A DNA stretch of 64,000 nt, from positions 1 through 64,000 of the forward strand of contig JAXLNO010000408.1 of NCBI GenBank assembly GCA_038087875.1, given 5' to 3'. The notes under the pieces are model-generated. The model was not told the DNA's origin. It saw only the letters and a list, made by a program, of their open reading frames with translations, and did no database searches. Positions 1 to 13,344 of this stretch are shown here, piece after piece (positions within the stretch are counted from its first letter, which is position 1; each line of letters opens with the position of its first letter). The stretch comes from Malacoraja senta. Lineage: Eukaryota. Both the position numbers and the translations under genes were made by a program.

Positions 1-590
1 GGGTGAAAGGTTTTAAGGGGGGGATGAAGTTGTGTTAGGGGGGGGAAGTTGTGTGGAGGGGTGAGGGAGTGGGGAGGTTGGGTGAGGTCAAGGGTGGGGG
101 AAGTGGGGTCGAGGGGCTATCGGGACGGGGGGTTGTGGAAGGGATGGGGGGGATTGAGTGAGGGGTAGGTTGGGGGTGAGGGGGTCAAGGGGGTGTGGGT
201 GGCTGTGAAAGGGTGGGGATGGAGTGAGTGGAGGGGATAGAGGGGGGTGAGGGGTGGGGTGAATGGGGGGAGGTGATGGGAAGATGAGGGAGTGGGGAGG
301 TTGGGGGTCGAGGTGTGGGGGGTTGTGGAAGGGTGGGGAGGGGGGGGTGGGGGTGAGGGGGGTCAAGGGGGTGTGGGGGGTTGTGGAAGGATGGGGAGGC
401 GGTGAGGGGGGGATGGGGGGGTTGAGTGGGGGGGGGGAGGTTGGGGGAGAGGGGGTCAAGGGGGTGTGGGGGGCTGTGAAAGGGTGGGGAGGGGGTGAGT
501 GGAAGGGGTTGAGTGGGGGGGTGAGGGAGTGATGGGAGGTTGGGGTTGAGGGGGTGTGGGGGGTCGAGGTGTGTGGGGGCTGTGGAGGCT
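1..590. repeat. G-rich low-complexity tract (G4-prone)
   Basis: Dense GGG/GGGG runs with recurring ggggtcaaggggg/gtgtggggg motifs; the Pro/Gly ORFs here are compositional artefacts. Confidence 0.9.
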
Positions 591-954
591 GTGAGTGTAG
601 ATTGGTTACTTCATACTAACCAACTGTAGTGCATGTTAGTAGAAGCTCCGCCTACTATGCGGTTTATATTATCAGAAGTCTGCTTAAGTAATTTGTTTGA
701 GTAGCTGCTAGCTTACTGTAACACCTTGCAGACGAATGCTATGAGTGAACTTTAATAAACACTAGACTAAGTGGGACCCATTGGCTCCATGTTCACATGG
801 GAGGGCTGGTCCCCCAACGCAATATTCCACCTCCACAAATTCCAATATTGGTGGCCAGTGGGGGGGGGGTGGCTTTCTGGAGCGCTAGTATGGGTGTTGT
901 GGGCTGAAGGGGCTTTCCAGAGGGCTAGTATGGACATTGTGGGCCGAATGGATT

Positions 955-1240
955 ATTGGGCTGGCAGCTCAGTCACTCAGGCCTGGTGGGCTGGCAGCTC
1001 AGTCACTCAGGACTGGTGGGCTGGCAGCTCAGTCACTCAGGCCTGGTAGCTCAGTCACTCAGGCCTGGCAGCTCAGTCACTCAGGCCTGGTGGGCTGGCA
1101 GCTCAGTCACTCAGGCCTGGTGGGCTGGCAGTTGATTCACTCACAGCTGGTGGGCTGGCAGTTGATTCACTCTCAGCTGGTGGGCTGGCAGTTGACTTAC
1201 TCACGGCTGGTGGGCTGGCAGTTGACTTACGGCTGGTGGG
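955..1240. repeat. 30-bp minisatellite (ggtgggctggcagctcagtcactcaggcct and variants)
   Basis: About nine tandem copies read directly, drifting in sequence left to right; followed by a (CA)n tract at 1245-1400. Confidence 0.9.
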
Positions 1241-1326
1241 CTCGTACACACACACCCTCCATCACACACACCCACACAAAATCCATCACACACACACTCA
1301 CAGCCACACATACACACACCCTCCAT

Positions 1327-1361
<35 letters not shown>

Positions 1362-1549
1362 CCACACAGACACCCTCCATCTCACACACACACTCACACA
1401 AACATATATGACAGTAAAACTCTCTTGAATATAGTCATGCGGCTGAGCGCGGCTTCTCACTGAGCGGGACTTCCGGAATGAGCGCAACCTCTCCGCTGAG
1501 CTGGACTTCTGGAGTGAGCGGGACTTCCGGAATGAGTGGGACCTTTGGA

Positions 1550-1935
1550 ACAGGCACAGTGCAGGCCAACAAATTCATTTCAAGCACAGTGCAGGCCAAC
1601 AGATTCATTTCAAGCACAGTGCAGGCCAACAGATTCATTTCAAGCATAGTGCAGGCCAACAGATTCATTTCAAGCACAGTGCAGGCCAACAGATTCATTT
1701 CATTTCAAGCACAGTGCAGACCAACAGATTCATTTCATTTCAAGCACAGTGCAGGCCAACAGATTCATTTCATTTCAAGCACAGCGCAGGCCAACAGATT
1801 GATTTCATTTGAAGCACAGCGCAGGCTAACGATTCATTTCATTTCAAGCACAGCGCAGGCTAACGATTCATTTCATTTCGAGCACAGCACAGGCAAACGA
1901 TTCATTTCGAGCAGAGCGCAGGCTAACAATTCATT
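1550..1935. repeat. 30/35-bp minisatellite (gcacagtgcaggccaacagattcatttcaa)
   Basis: Tandem copies read directly; a related unit occurs in reverse orientation at 32590-32800. Confidence 0.9.
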
Positions 1936-2466
1936 TAATTGCATAGAAACAGAGAAAATAGGTGCAGGAGGAGGCCATTCGGCCCTTCGAGCCAGCACCG
2001 CCATTCATTGTGATCATGGCTGATCGTCCCCTATCAATAACAAGTCATTTCATTTCAGGCAGAGGGCAGGCAAACAATTCATTTCATTTCAACCACAGTG
2101 CAGACTTACAGCTGAGTTCAGTTACGGCGTAGACTCACAGTTCTGGAGTCAACCCTTACTCAATATCTTCCGGGGTGACTGGCTCACCTCCGGCTTCCGG
2201 GGCTTTATTCTCCTGGCCCCGCGGAAGAGGCGTTACCTTCATCATGGTGACTGACAGGCGAGAAGACCAATCGGCTGAACTCACGATTTTTTTTTTTTAA
2301 CATACCTAACTTTCTTATTATTTCACCGATCTGAAAAAAAACCTTGAGGCAGTTGGAGGAGAGGAGCACGTTGAGTAAGATGGTGAAAAAATTCACGTTT
2401 TTTCTAAAATGTATTTACAATGTAGGCAGGAAGTGATCAAGATGAGTCTTTTAGTAATAGTATAGA

Positions 2467-4530
2467 TGGGGAGAAGGCAGGAACGGGGTACTGATTGTGG
2501 ATGATCAGCCATGACCATAGTGAATGGCAGTGATGGCTTGAAGGGCCGAATGGCCTACTCATAGAAACATAGAAATAGGTGCAGGAGGAGGCCATTCGGC
2601 CCTTCGAGCCAGCACCGCCATTCATTGTGATCATTGCTGATCGTCCCCTATCAATAACCCGTGCCTGCCTTCTCCCCATATCCCTTGATTCCACTAGCCC
2701 CTAGAGCTCTATCTAACTCTAATCCATCCAGTGATTTGGCCTCCACTGCCCTCTGTGGCAGGGAATTCCACAAATTCACAACTCTGGGTGAATTTTTTTT
2801 TTCTCACCTCAGTCTTAAATGACCCCTTTATTCTAAGACTGTAGCCCCTGGTTCTGGACTCGCCCAACATTGGGAACATTTTTCCTGCATCTAGCTTGTC
2901 CAGTCCTTTTATAATTTTATATGTTTCTATAAGATTCCCCCTCATCCTTCTAAACTCCAGTGAATACAAGCCTAGTCTTTTCAATCTTTCCTCATATGAC
3001 AGTCCAGCCATCCCAGCGATCAATCTCGTGAACCTTCGCTGCACTGCTTCAATCACAAGGATGTCCTTCCTCAAATTAGGAAACCAAAACTGTACACAAT
3101 ACTCCAGATGTGCTCTCACCAGAGCCCTATACAACTGCAGAAGAACCTCACTCTACTCCTATACTGAAATCCTCTTGTTATGAAGGCCAACATTCCATTA
3201 GCTTTCTTCACCGCCTGCTGCACCTGCACACCAACTTTAAGTGACCGGTGTACAAGGACACCCAGGTCTCGCTGTACCTCCCCCTTACCTAACCTAACGC
3301 CGTTGAGATAATAATCTGCCCCCTTGTTTTAGCCGCCAAAGTGGATAACCTCACATTTATCTATATTATACTGCATCTGCCACGCATCTGCCCACTCACT
3401 CAACCTGTCCAGGTCACCCTGCAACCTCCTAACATCCTCTTCACAGTTCACACTGCCACCCAGCTTTGTGTCATCCACAAACTTGCTAGTGTTGCTCCTA
3501 ATTCCCTCTTCCAAATCATTAATATGTATGATAAACAGTTGTGTCCCCAACACCGAGCCTTGCAGCACTCCACTCGCCACTGCCTGCCATTCTGAAAAGG
3601 ACCCGTTCACTCCTACTCTTTGCTTCCTGTCTGCGAACCAATTTTCTATCCATGTCAACACCCTACCCCCAATATCATGTGCTCTAATTTTAGTTACCAG
3701 TCTCCCGTGTGGGACCTTATCAAAGGCTTTCTGAAAGTCTAGATCCACTACATCCACTGGCTCCCCTTCATCCATTTTACTTGTCACATCCTCAAACAAT
3801 TCGAGAAGATTAGTCAAGCATGATTTCCCTTTCATAAATCCATGTTGACTTAGAAACATAGAAACATAGAAAATAGGTGCAGGAGTACGCCATTCGGCCC
3901 TTCGAGCCTGCACGCATTCAATCTGATCATGGCTGATCATCCAACTCAGTATCCTGTACCTGCCTTCTCTCCATACCCCCTGATCCCTTCAGCCACAAGG
4001 GCCACATCTAACTCCCTCTTAAATATAGCCAATGAATTGGCCTCAACTACCTTCTGTGGCAGAGAGTTCCAGAGATTCACCACTCTCTGTGTGAAAAATG
4101 TTTTTCTCATCTCGGTCCTAAAGGATTTCCCCTTTATCCTTAAACTGTGACCCCTTGTCCTGGACTTCCCCAACATCGGGAACAATCATCCTGCATCTAG
4201 CCTGTGTCCAACCCCTGAAGAATTTTGTAAGTTTCTATAAGATCCCCCCTCAATCTTCCAAATTCTAGCGAGTACAAGCCGAGTCTATCCAGTATTTCTT
4301 CATATGAAAGTCCTGACATCCCAGGAATCAGTCTGGTGAACCTTCTCTGTACTCCCTCTATGGCAAGAATGTCTTTCCTCAGACTTGGACTAATCCTTTT
4401 ACTGCTATCCAAATGCCCCATTATTACCTCTTTAATAATTGACTCCAGCATCTTTCCCACCACCGAAGTCAGGCTAACTGGTCTGTAATTCCCCATTTTC
4501 TCTCTCGCTCCTTTCTTGAAAAGTGGGATA
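2467..4530 (-). mobile_element. Stacked 3' fragments of CR1-clade LINEs (RT C-terminus and 3' tails)
   Basis: [46 protein letters not shown] motifs; (tatgtttc)n tails; stops and frameshifts. Confidence 0.92.
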
Positions 4531-4564
4531 ATACTCCTGCATCTATTGTCTATGGTCTATTGTG

Positions 4565-4780
4565 TATCTCAGCGGGACAGGCAGCATCTATCGAGAGAAG
4601 GAATGGGTGACGTTTCGGGTCGATACCCTTCTTCAGACTTTTGGGTCTTGACCCGAAACGTCACCCATTCCTTCTCTCTATAGATGATGCCTCACCACTG
4701 AGTTTCTCCAGCATTTTATGTCTACCTTCGATTTTATCCAGCATCTGCTGTTCCTTCTCACACTTCTTCAGACTGATGTC
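4565..4780. mobile_element. Penelope-derived short repeat pair in inverted arrangement with hammerhead-like cores
   Basis: ctgaagaagggtatcgacccgaaacgtcaccc on the minus strand facing gggtcttgacccgaaacgtcaccc on the plus strand; same family as 59150-59240. Confidence 0.65.
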
Positions 4781-5041
4781 AGGGGAGGGTTAGGGTTAGC
4801 TCGGATTGAGGCTTGGAAGGCTGAGCTCGCCTCCCCTGCCCTGACCCGCATCTGGTCCACCACGGGGGGGGGGGGGGTGGGGGGTGGGACAGCGTTGGTG
4901 GATGTCCTGCCTGGAGATAGGCCCTTCGGCCCCTCTTGTCCGTGCTACCCCGGGCTTTCTGCAACACAATCTTGCACTGTCCGGCACTGGATATTGTATT
5001 TATTGCGTTTGTCGTCACCATATGTACACTGTTTGCTCTGG

Positions 5042-7392
5042 TAGTCCGTGGGCCACAGGGGCATATCGTGCACCCCCCCCCCCACCCCCCATGATCCTAC
5101 TTCTTGGGTCTCATTTGGTTCATTGGTATCTCCTCCGTCAGAAGAAGGATGTTCCCAAGAAAAAAAATCATTTGGACCATGTTTTTTAACCCCTTATTTC
5201 AATCTGTCAAAATTGTGTTTTTTCACACTTTGCCCTCTTTCTTGGGGTCTGTGAATTTGGTACTTGCAATTGAGTCTGTTTCTTAGTAAAGATACATAAA
5301 AAATCCACTCAATTAGGACCATATCATCTTCAAATCTATGAAAATCACCAGGCTCTGAATCTGGTTTGTACATATCGGTACTGAAGACTACATCATTAGA
5401 TGGCAACGCATTGAAGATGTTGATGCCAATCTCTTTGAAGTTTGCAGGAATCTCTTTGAGATCGTAGAATGCAGCATTGCCACCTTCCACTATCAATGTC
5501 TTGTTACTGGCAGGAGGTTGTGAGTTGTCTACCTCTTTCAATAGGTAGTGTAAGCCCTTGGATTTATCAGTCTTTGCAAATAACTTGTCTGATATACCAA
5601 CGGAGTAGGGTACAGGGGTCAGAGAGTACTTCATAATCTCCCGTAGATTGAGTTGACTGCCAGAACTTTGTGCTTTGACCATCAGTTGAAAAGCAATATC
5701 TCCTTGTTGCTTGTACTCTATAACCTTTCGTTCAGATGTTTTCAGCTTCACTCTTCTTTGTTTCTGCCATGGTTTTGAGCTGCAGATTGTTGATGGGTGG
5801 TAAGTACCTGTGGTAAGTACCTTTATGACACCTTTCTCAACTTCAGCCGGAACACGTGCACCAGAAGAGCGTACATACAACCCAGTCTTGTCATCTACAT
5901 CAAAAGGATTCAGGAAGCTCTTTACAGCATCAATGGCTTTCTTTACACATGCCTCACTTTTCCTTATCTCAGATGGTTGTTGATCTCTGTGTTTGCTTCC
6001 GCGATTGGTACCAGAAGTCATGTCTGCGAGGCTGAGAGTTGCAGAGAGAAAGTGTGCCCTTTCTGTTGAAGTTCGAACCCATCTCTGAGAAGCACTGTGA
6101 TTCTCCAAGATGCCAGAGAGCACATCTGTTTCCTGGTATGAATGACCTAGCGACACTGATGGCACCTCTTTCGAGGAAAGCCAGGGCACCAGGATGTGAT
6201 TCTTCGATGTTCGCCAAGAACACAGCAAGGTAGGTCAGATAGCGGGAGTAATTGTGACCACCAAAGGTGAAGAAGAGATCGGGCATAAGAAGCAGACAGT
6301 GCAAGTACAACGGAAAGTTGTTCTCTTTCACAGACATAATCAATGAGAGAGCAATCCACACAGAATCCATGTACGACAGCCAAAATTGTGCAGTCTTCCC
6401 GAGAGATGCTTTTCAAACATCAGCTTTGAAGCTCTCTTACGACTCCATCAATGTGTTGAGATCTGCATTGGCCATGACTTCAGCAAGTGCCTGCTTTATT
6501 GGCGATCGGATTAGCTCTTGAAAGATGCCCTTTGATTCCTCTGGTATACATCGTTTCCAGCCATAGACAGGAACTCATCAAGAAGGAGCACCTCCAAGCG
6601 TTGCCTCTCCACCATCATCTTGTGGCAGTGCAGACTTCTGTTGTAGTTCTTTCCTGTCATAACACCTTTCATAGAACCAGTAGACATGAGTCCCGATTCC
6701 ATGAGGACATCCTGAAGTCCGGATCCTTCCATTTTCTTTCCAAGCATTTTGAAGTATGCACAAAAGACATGAAATGTGCCAATCAACACAATGTGTTTCT
6801 TGTACTTTGCAGGATGACTCCACATGAGAGGATATGCCTTCATGCAGACACCCGTCGAATGACGTATTCTTGCCAACCTCATGACTTGCTTCTTCAGAAG
6901 CTCGTAAACACTCTTGAACATTCTGTGATGGGATGATTGATCACAGGATAGTAGTCAATAGTGGTCACGTTTGTAGGCACCTCGCCTGTTGCTGAGACAA
7001 ATCCAGCCCAAGCTGGAAGCTCTAGGCCTTTCTCACTATTCGCTTTCCGAGAAAGCATCCATGCCAGATCTTTTCTTGTACACTATTTGAATGCTTCATC
7101 CCCATCATCACACTTCCAGTGCTGCACACGAAAATCTGAATTTGCTTTCCGGTTGACGAAGGATGATGGAAGAGGGTCACAAGAACGAGGGCAAAGTTCG
7201 AAAAAACACAATTTTGACATAGATTGAAATAAGGGGTTAAAAATCATGGTCCAAATGAGTTGTTTTCTTGGGAACATCATTTTTCTGACAGAAGAGATAC
7301 CAATGAACAAAATGACACCCAAGAAGTTGGATCATAGGGGAGGGGGTGGGGGTGGGGGGGGTGCACGGTAGGCCCCTCTGGCCCACGGACTA
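5042..7392 (-). mobile_element. Academ-type DNA transposon, internally deleted, with decayed transposase
   Basis: About 200-bp terminal inverted repeats (TIRs) starting TAGTCCGTGGGCC and ending GCCCACGGACTA; 3-bp TSD TGG; broken ORFs with IGTFH...GKKMEGSGL...GKNYNR and DLFFTFGGHNYSRYL...HPG motifs. Confidence 0.82.
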
Positions 7393-7734
7393 TGGCGGCT
7401 GTGTGTGAACGGGCAATTTCATCACCTTCCGGTCGATGTGCAGAACAACAAACAAATGAAGCATCTGGAACACAGTTCTCCTGGGTTGCTGCAGGCTGAA
7501 GCATCAAACTACTACCCTGTTGAGCCCCGTCAGTCCCACAGCACAGAAACACACAGCCATGTCTATCGAAGCTAGTCCCACATGCCCGCGTCTGGCCCCT
7601 AACCCTCTCTGCCTTTCCAAACCATGCCTTTAGAAAGGAGATGAGGAGGAATTTCTTTAGCCGGTGGGTGGTGAATCTGTAGAATTCATTGCCACAGACG
7701 GCGGTGGAGGCCAAGTCACTGGGTATTGTTTAGA

Positions 7735-8005
7735 TTTTAGAGATACTGCGTGGAAACAGGCCCTTCAGCCCACCGAATCCTCACCGACCAGTGATCACCG
7801 CGTACACTAGCTCCATCCTACACACATTAGGGACAATTTTACAGAAGCCAATTAGACTACAAACCTGCACGACTTTGGAATGCGGTAGGAAACTGGAGCA
7901 CCCGGAGAAAACCCACGCAGGTCACAGGGAGAACGTGCAAACTCCGTACATACAGCACCCGTGGTCAGGATGGAACCGGGTCTCTGGCGCTGTGAGGCAG
8001 CAACT
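7735..8005 (-). mobile_element. V-SINE (HE1-like), 5' truncated
   Basis: Reverse complement contains ggagtttgcacgttctccc...ttttctccgggtgctccagtttcct, the V-domain core. Confidence 0.8.
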
Positions 8006-8149
8006 ATCTATAAAAACTGGAGATTGTCAGGTTCCTGATTAGTACGGGTGTCGGGTTATGGGGAGAAAGCAGGAGAATGGGGTTGAGAGGGAGAGATAGA
8101 TCAGTCAGGATTGAATGATGGAGCAAACTCGATGGGCCGAAAGGCCGCA

Positions 8150-8870
8150 TCATAATCATACTTTATTAGCCAAGTATGTTTTGCAACATACAAGGAATTT
8201 GATTTGCTATACAGTCATACCAAAAAGAAACAAGACACACAAAATACATTTTAACATAAACATCCACCACAGTGACTCCTCCACATTCCTCACTGTGATG
8301 GAAGGCGGGAAATAAACTTTAAACTCTTTGTTCTCCCGCGGTCGGGCACTTGAATCTTCTGTTGTCGAGGCGATCTTGGCTCCCATAACCGGCGGTTGGG
8401 CCCTCCGCATCGGGGCGATCAAGCTTCCGCACCAGGGGATCTCAGCTCCCCGCGCCGGGCGATCATACCCTGGGTCGGGGCTAGTCGAAGCTCCTGTGAC
8501 TTAGAGCTTCCCGACATCAGTCTCTACCGAAGACTGCGAGCTCGATGTTCAAATCCGCAGGCCACGGTTGGGGATCGGAGGCTCCGATGGTAAGTCCACG
8601 GCCCAGCGGTGGGGCTCCAAGTCAGTCTTGAGCAAGGCCGCCAGCTCCATGATGTTAGGCCGCAGAGCGACCGGAACTATGGCCCGGAAAACAATCGCAT
8701 CTCCGGCAAGGTAAGAGATTGAAAAAAAAGTTTCCCCCGACCCAGCCCCCACATAAAACAAACCAGAGAACATTAACACAATCTTTTTAAAACACACTAA
8801 AAATAACAAAAAGATGAAAGGACAGACAGACCGTTGGCGAGGCTGTTATCACTGACGGACCCACTCGATG
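8150..8870 (-). mobile_element. Non-autonomous non-LTR retroelement (GC-rich body, LINE-like tail)
   Basis: Shares the ttccatcacagtgaggaatgtggaggagtcactgtggtggatg tail with 14308-14832, 59650-60090 and 63705-64000; AATAAA plus short-repeat tail. Confidence 0.6.
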
Positions 8871-9057
8871 GAATTCTGCTGCTGCTGTGACTTATGAACC
8901 TGTCCAAACACCTTTCAAAGATTGTGATTGTATCTGCCTCCCTACTCCTCCTCCGGCAGCTCGTTCCACATGCCCGCCACCCTCTGGTTTTTGTGGCATG
9001 CTATCCAGTCAACAGAAAGACTATACATGATTATAATCGAGCCATTATTATAATCCC

Positions 9058-12000
9058 CCATTTTCGCTCTCCCTCCCTTTTCAAAAAGTGGGGTTAAATT
9101 AGCTACCCTCCAATCCTCAGGAACTACTCCAGAATCTAAGGAGTTTGGAAAAATTATCACTAATGCATCCACTATTTCTGGGGCTACTTCCTTAAGTACT
9201 CTGGGATGCAGCCTATCGCCCTGGGGATTTATCGGCCTTTAATCCATCCAATTTACCTAACACAACTTCTGGCTAACCTGGATTTCACTCAGCTCCTCCA
9301 TCTCATTTGACCCGCTGTCCCCTGCTATTTCAATTGGTCTGCCATGTCCTTGTTCCCCATGATCAATTCACCTGTTTCTGACTGCAAGGGACCTACATTT
9401 GTTTTAACTAATCTCTTTCTCTTCACATATCTATAAAAACTTTTGCAGTCAGTTTTTATGTTCCCTGCCAGTTTTCTTTCATAATCTATTTTCCCTTTCC
9501 TAATTAAGCCCTTTGTCCTCCTCTGCTGGACTCTGAAATTCTCCCAGTCCTCTGGTAGGCTGCTTTTTCTGGCTAATTTGTACACTTCATCTTTTGCTTT
9601 GATACTATCCCTGATTTCCCTAGTTATCCACGGATGCACTACCTTCCCTGATTTATTCTTTTGCCAAACTGGGATGAACAATTGTTGTAGTTCATAGATA
9701 CATAGATACATAGAAACATAGAAAATAGGTGGAGGAGTAGGCCATTCGGCCCTTCGAGCCTGCACCGCAATTCAATATGATCATGGCTGATCATCCCACT
9801 CAGTATCCCGTACCTGCCTTCTCTCCATACCCCCTGATCCCCTTAGCCACAAGGGCCACATCTAACTCCCTCTTAAATATAGCCAATGAACTGGCCTCAA
9901 CTACCCTCTGTGGCAGAGAGTTCCAGAGATTCACCACTCTGTGTGAAAACGTTTTTCCTCATCTCGGTCTTAAAGGATTTCCCCCTTATCCTTAAGCTGT
10001 GACCCCTTGTCCTGGACTTCCCCAACATCGGGAACAATCTTCCTGCATCTAGCCTGTCCAACCCCATAAGAATTTTGTACGTTTCTATAAGATCCCCTCT
10101 CAATCTCCTAAATTCTAGCGAGTATGAGCCAAGTCTATCCAGTCTTTCTTCATATGAAAGTCCTGACATCCCAGGAATCAGTCTGGTGAACCTTCTCTGG
10201 ACTCCCTCTATGGCTATAATGTCCTTCCTCAGATTTGGTGACCAAAACTGTACGCAATACTCCAGGTGTGGTCTCACCAAGACCCTGTACAACTGCAGTA
10301 GAACCTCCCTGCTCCTATGCTCAAATCCTCTTGCTATGAAGGCCAACATACCATTCGCTTTCTTCACTGCCTGCTGCACCTGCATGCCTACTTTCAATGA
10401 CTGGTGTACCATGACACCCAGGTCTCGCTACATCTCCCCATTTCCTAATCGGCCACCATTTAGAAAATAGTCTGCCTTCCCGTTTTTGCCACCAAAGTGG
10501 ATAACCTCACATTTATCCACATTATACTGCATCTGCCAAACATTTGCCCACTCACCCAGCCTATCCAAGTCACCTTGCAGTCTCCTAGCATCCTCCTCAC
10601 AGCTAACCCCAGGTTAGTGTCATCCGCAAACTTGGAGATGTTGCTTTCAATTCCCTCGTCCAGATCATTAATATAAATTGTAAATAACTGGGGTCCCAGC
10701 ACTGAGCCTTGCGGTACCCCACTAGTCACTGCCTGCCATTGTGAAAAGGACCCGTTTACTCCTACTCTTTGCTTCCTGTTTGCCAGCCAGTTCTCTATCC
10801 ACATCAATACTGAACCCCCAATACCGTGTGATTTAAGTTTGTATCCTAATCTCTTATGTGGTACCTTGTCGAAAGCCTTCTGAAAGTCCAGATACAACAC
10901 ATCCACTGGTTCTCCCCTATCCACTCTACTAGTTACATCCTTGAAAAATTCTATAAGATTCGTCAGACACGATTTACCTTTCGTAAATCCATGCTGACTT
11001 TGTCCAATTATCCATGCAGTCTTTAAATCCCTTCCATTGCATATCCACCGTCAACCCTTTAAGAATCAATTGCCAGTCAATCTTGGCCAATTCACGTCTC
11101 ATGATACAATGATACAATTTATTTGTTGTCATTTGAACCTCATTGAAGTTCAAACAAAATTTGAGTACCCTCATACCCTCAAAGTTACCTTCCTTTAAGT
11201 TCAGAACCCTTGTTTCTGAATTAACAATGTCACTCTATCCTAATGAAGAACTCAACCATATTATGGTCACTCTTGCCCAAGGGGCCACGCACAACAAGAC
11301 TGCTAACTAACCTTTCCTCATTACTCAATACCCAGTTAGAATAGCCTGCTCTCTCGTTGGTTCCTCTACATGTTAGTTTAGAAAACTATCCCGCATACAT
11401 TCCAAGAAATCCGCTTCCTCAGCACCCCTGCCAATTTGATTGCCCAATCTATATGTAGATTGAAGTCACCCATTATAACTGTTTTACCTTTGTTGCACGC
11501 ATTTCTAATTTCCTGTTTGATGCCATCCCCAACTCCACTACTACTGTTAGGTGGCCTGTACACAACACCCACAAGCGTTTTCTGCCCCTTATTGTTTCGC
11601 AGCTCTACCCATATCGATTCCACATCCTCCAAGCTAATGTCCTTACTTTATATTGCGTTAATCTCCTCTCTAACCAGCAACGCTACCCCACCTCCTTTTC
11701 CTTTCTGTCTATCCCTCCTGAATATTGAATATCCCTGGATGTTCAGCTCCCAGCCTTGGTCACCCTGGAGCCATGTCTCCGTGATCCCAACTATATCATA
11801 ATCATTAATAGCTCTCTGCACATTCAACTCATCCACCTTATTACGAATGCTCCTTGCATTGAGACACAAAGCCTTCAGATTTTTGCCCTCGATTTGTCTG
11901 CCTGCCACTTTTACTTTTCACGTTGCTACTATTGCTTCTACCCTCATTTTACACCCCTCTGTCTCTCTGCTCACACATTTAAGAAACCCACCACCTCTTA

Positions 12001-12127
12001 TCCTTTGTTTATTATTTTTTTCTTCTTCCCCCCCCTACATGTTGGGTCTGAGTGCTTCCCTTCTCTGCCTCCTGCCTCACACACTGTCAACTAGCTTTCT
12101 CTATTTGAGTCCCTCCCCCCAACCGTT
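9058..12127 (-). mobile_element. CR1 LINE ORF2 (APE endonuclease and RT), rearranged, with nested CR1 3' fragment
   Basis: [40 protein letters not shown] and KFADDT motifs across broken ORFs. Confidence 0.9.
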
Positions 12128-13030
12128 CTAGTTTAAAGTCTCCGCAGTAGCCTTTGGAAATCTCCCCGCCAGGATATTGGTCCCCTTCGGGTTCAAGTGC
12201 AACCCGTCCTTTTTGTACAGGTCACACCTTCCATAAAAGAGGTCCCAATGATCCAGAGACTTGAATCCCTGCCCTCTGCACCAGTCCTTCAGCCACGCAT
12301 TTATCCTCCACCTCGCTCCATTCCTACTCACTGTCGCGTGGCACAGGCAGTAATCTCGAGATTGTTACCTTTGCGGTCCTTCTCCTTAACTCTCCTCCTA
12401 ACTCCCTAAATTCTCCTTTCAGGACCTCTTCTCTTTTTCTACCTATGTCATTGGTACCTATATGTACCACGACCTCGGGCTCCGCTCCCACCCATTTCAG
12501 GATATCTTGGACACGTTCAGACACATCCCAGACCCTGGCACCATCCGGGTCTCCTGACTGCGTCCACAGAATCGCCTATCTGACCCCCTAACTATAGAGT
12601 CCCCTATTACTACTGCCCTCCTCTTCTTTTCCTTACCCTCCTGAGCAACAGGGCCGGTCTCTGTACCGGAGGCCCGGCCGCTGTTGCTACCCCCAGGTAG
12701 GCTGTTCCCCCCAACAGTACTCAAACAGGAGTACTTATTGTCAAGGTGTACAGCCACCGGGGTACTCACTAGTCCCTGCCTCTGCCCCTTGCCCCTCCTA
12801 ACCGTGACCCACTTGCCTGCCTCCTGTGGTCTTAGAGTGACCAACTCCCTGTAACTCCTCCCTATGACCTCGCTCTCCCTGACCAGACGGAGGTCATCGA
12901 GCTGCTGCTCCAGGTTCCTAATACGGTCCCTTAGGAGCCCATTTCAATGCACCTGGTGCAGATGTGGACGTCTGGAAGGCTATCAGACTCCTTGACCTCC
13001 CACATCTGACATCCAGAACAGTAAACTGCC
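12128..13030 (-). mobile_element. CR1 ORF1 remnant with SGNH esterase domain
   Basis: VIGDSIVRG, VVVHIGTNDIG and KKDGLHLNPKG blocks in consecutive frameshifted ORFs upstream of the ORF2 endonuclease. Confidence 0.85.
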
Positions 13031-13344
13031 CTGGTCCTCATACTCCCCCCTTACCCATGATACAATACATCTGACATCCAGAACAGTAAACTGCCCTGGC
13101 CCTCATACTCCCCCCTTACCCTGGATACAATACAAATACAATACAATACAATACAAACTGCTGGAAGAAATCAGCAGGGATCTGACTTCCAATCAGCTAC
13201 TCCCTCTTGTCCGCTTCCATCAATCAGCGGCTTCCTCAAGCCCACTTGTTTTGAAATGCGAATGGAACGGAACGTTACAGATTTGGGTTCCTCCTCCCTC
13301 TGCGACCGCTCCAATGGCTCCTGTGCCTCTGATGATACCTTATG

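Larger units (their letters stand above)
762..2466 (-). mobile_element. Non-autonomous Helitron-like element filled with minisatellites
   Basis: Minus strand begins A|TCTATACTATTACTAAAA at 2466 and ends ...TGGGTCCCACTTAGTCTAG|T at 762, with a degenerate subterminal hairpin; AT target, no TSD. Confidence 0.7.

Noticed and set aside
88..532. Pro-rich and Gly-rich ORFs
   Set aside because: Translations of a G-rich low-complexity tract with no domain signal
594..761. Possible solo LTR fragment (TGTAG start, AATAAA)
   Set aside because: No partner LTR, TSD or clear end visible; support insufficient
955..1935. Regular 30-bp arrays resembling CRISPR
   Set aside because: Head-to-tail repeats without unique spacers, no cas genes, eukaryotic context
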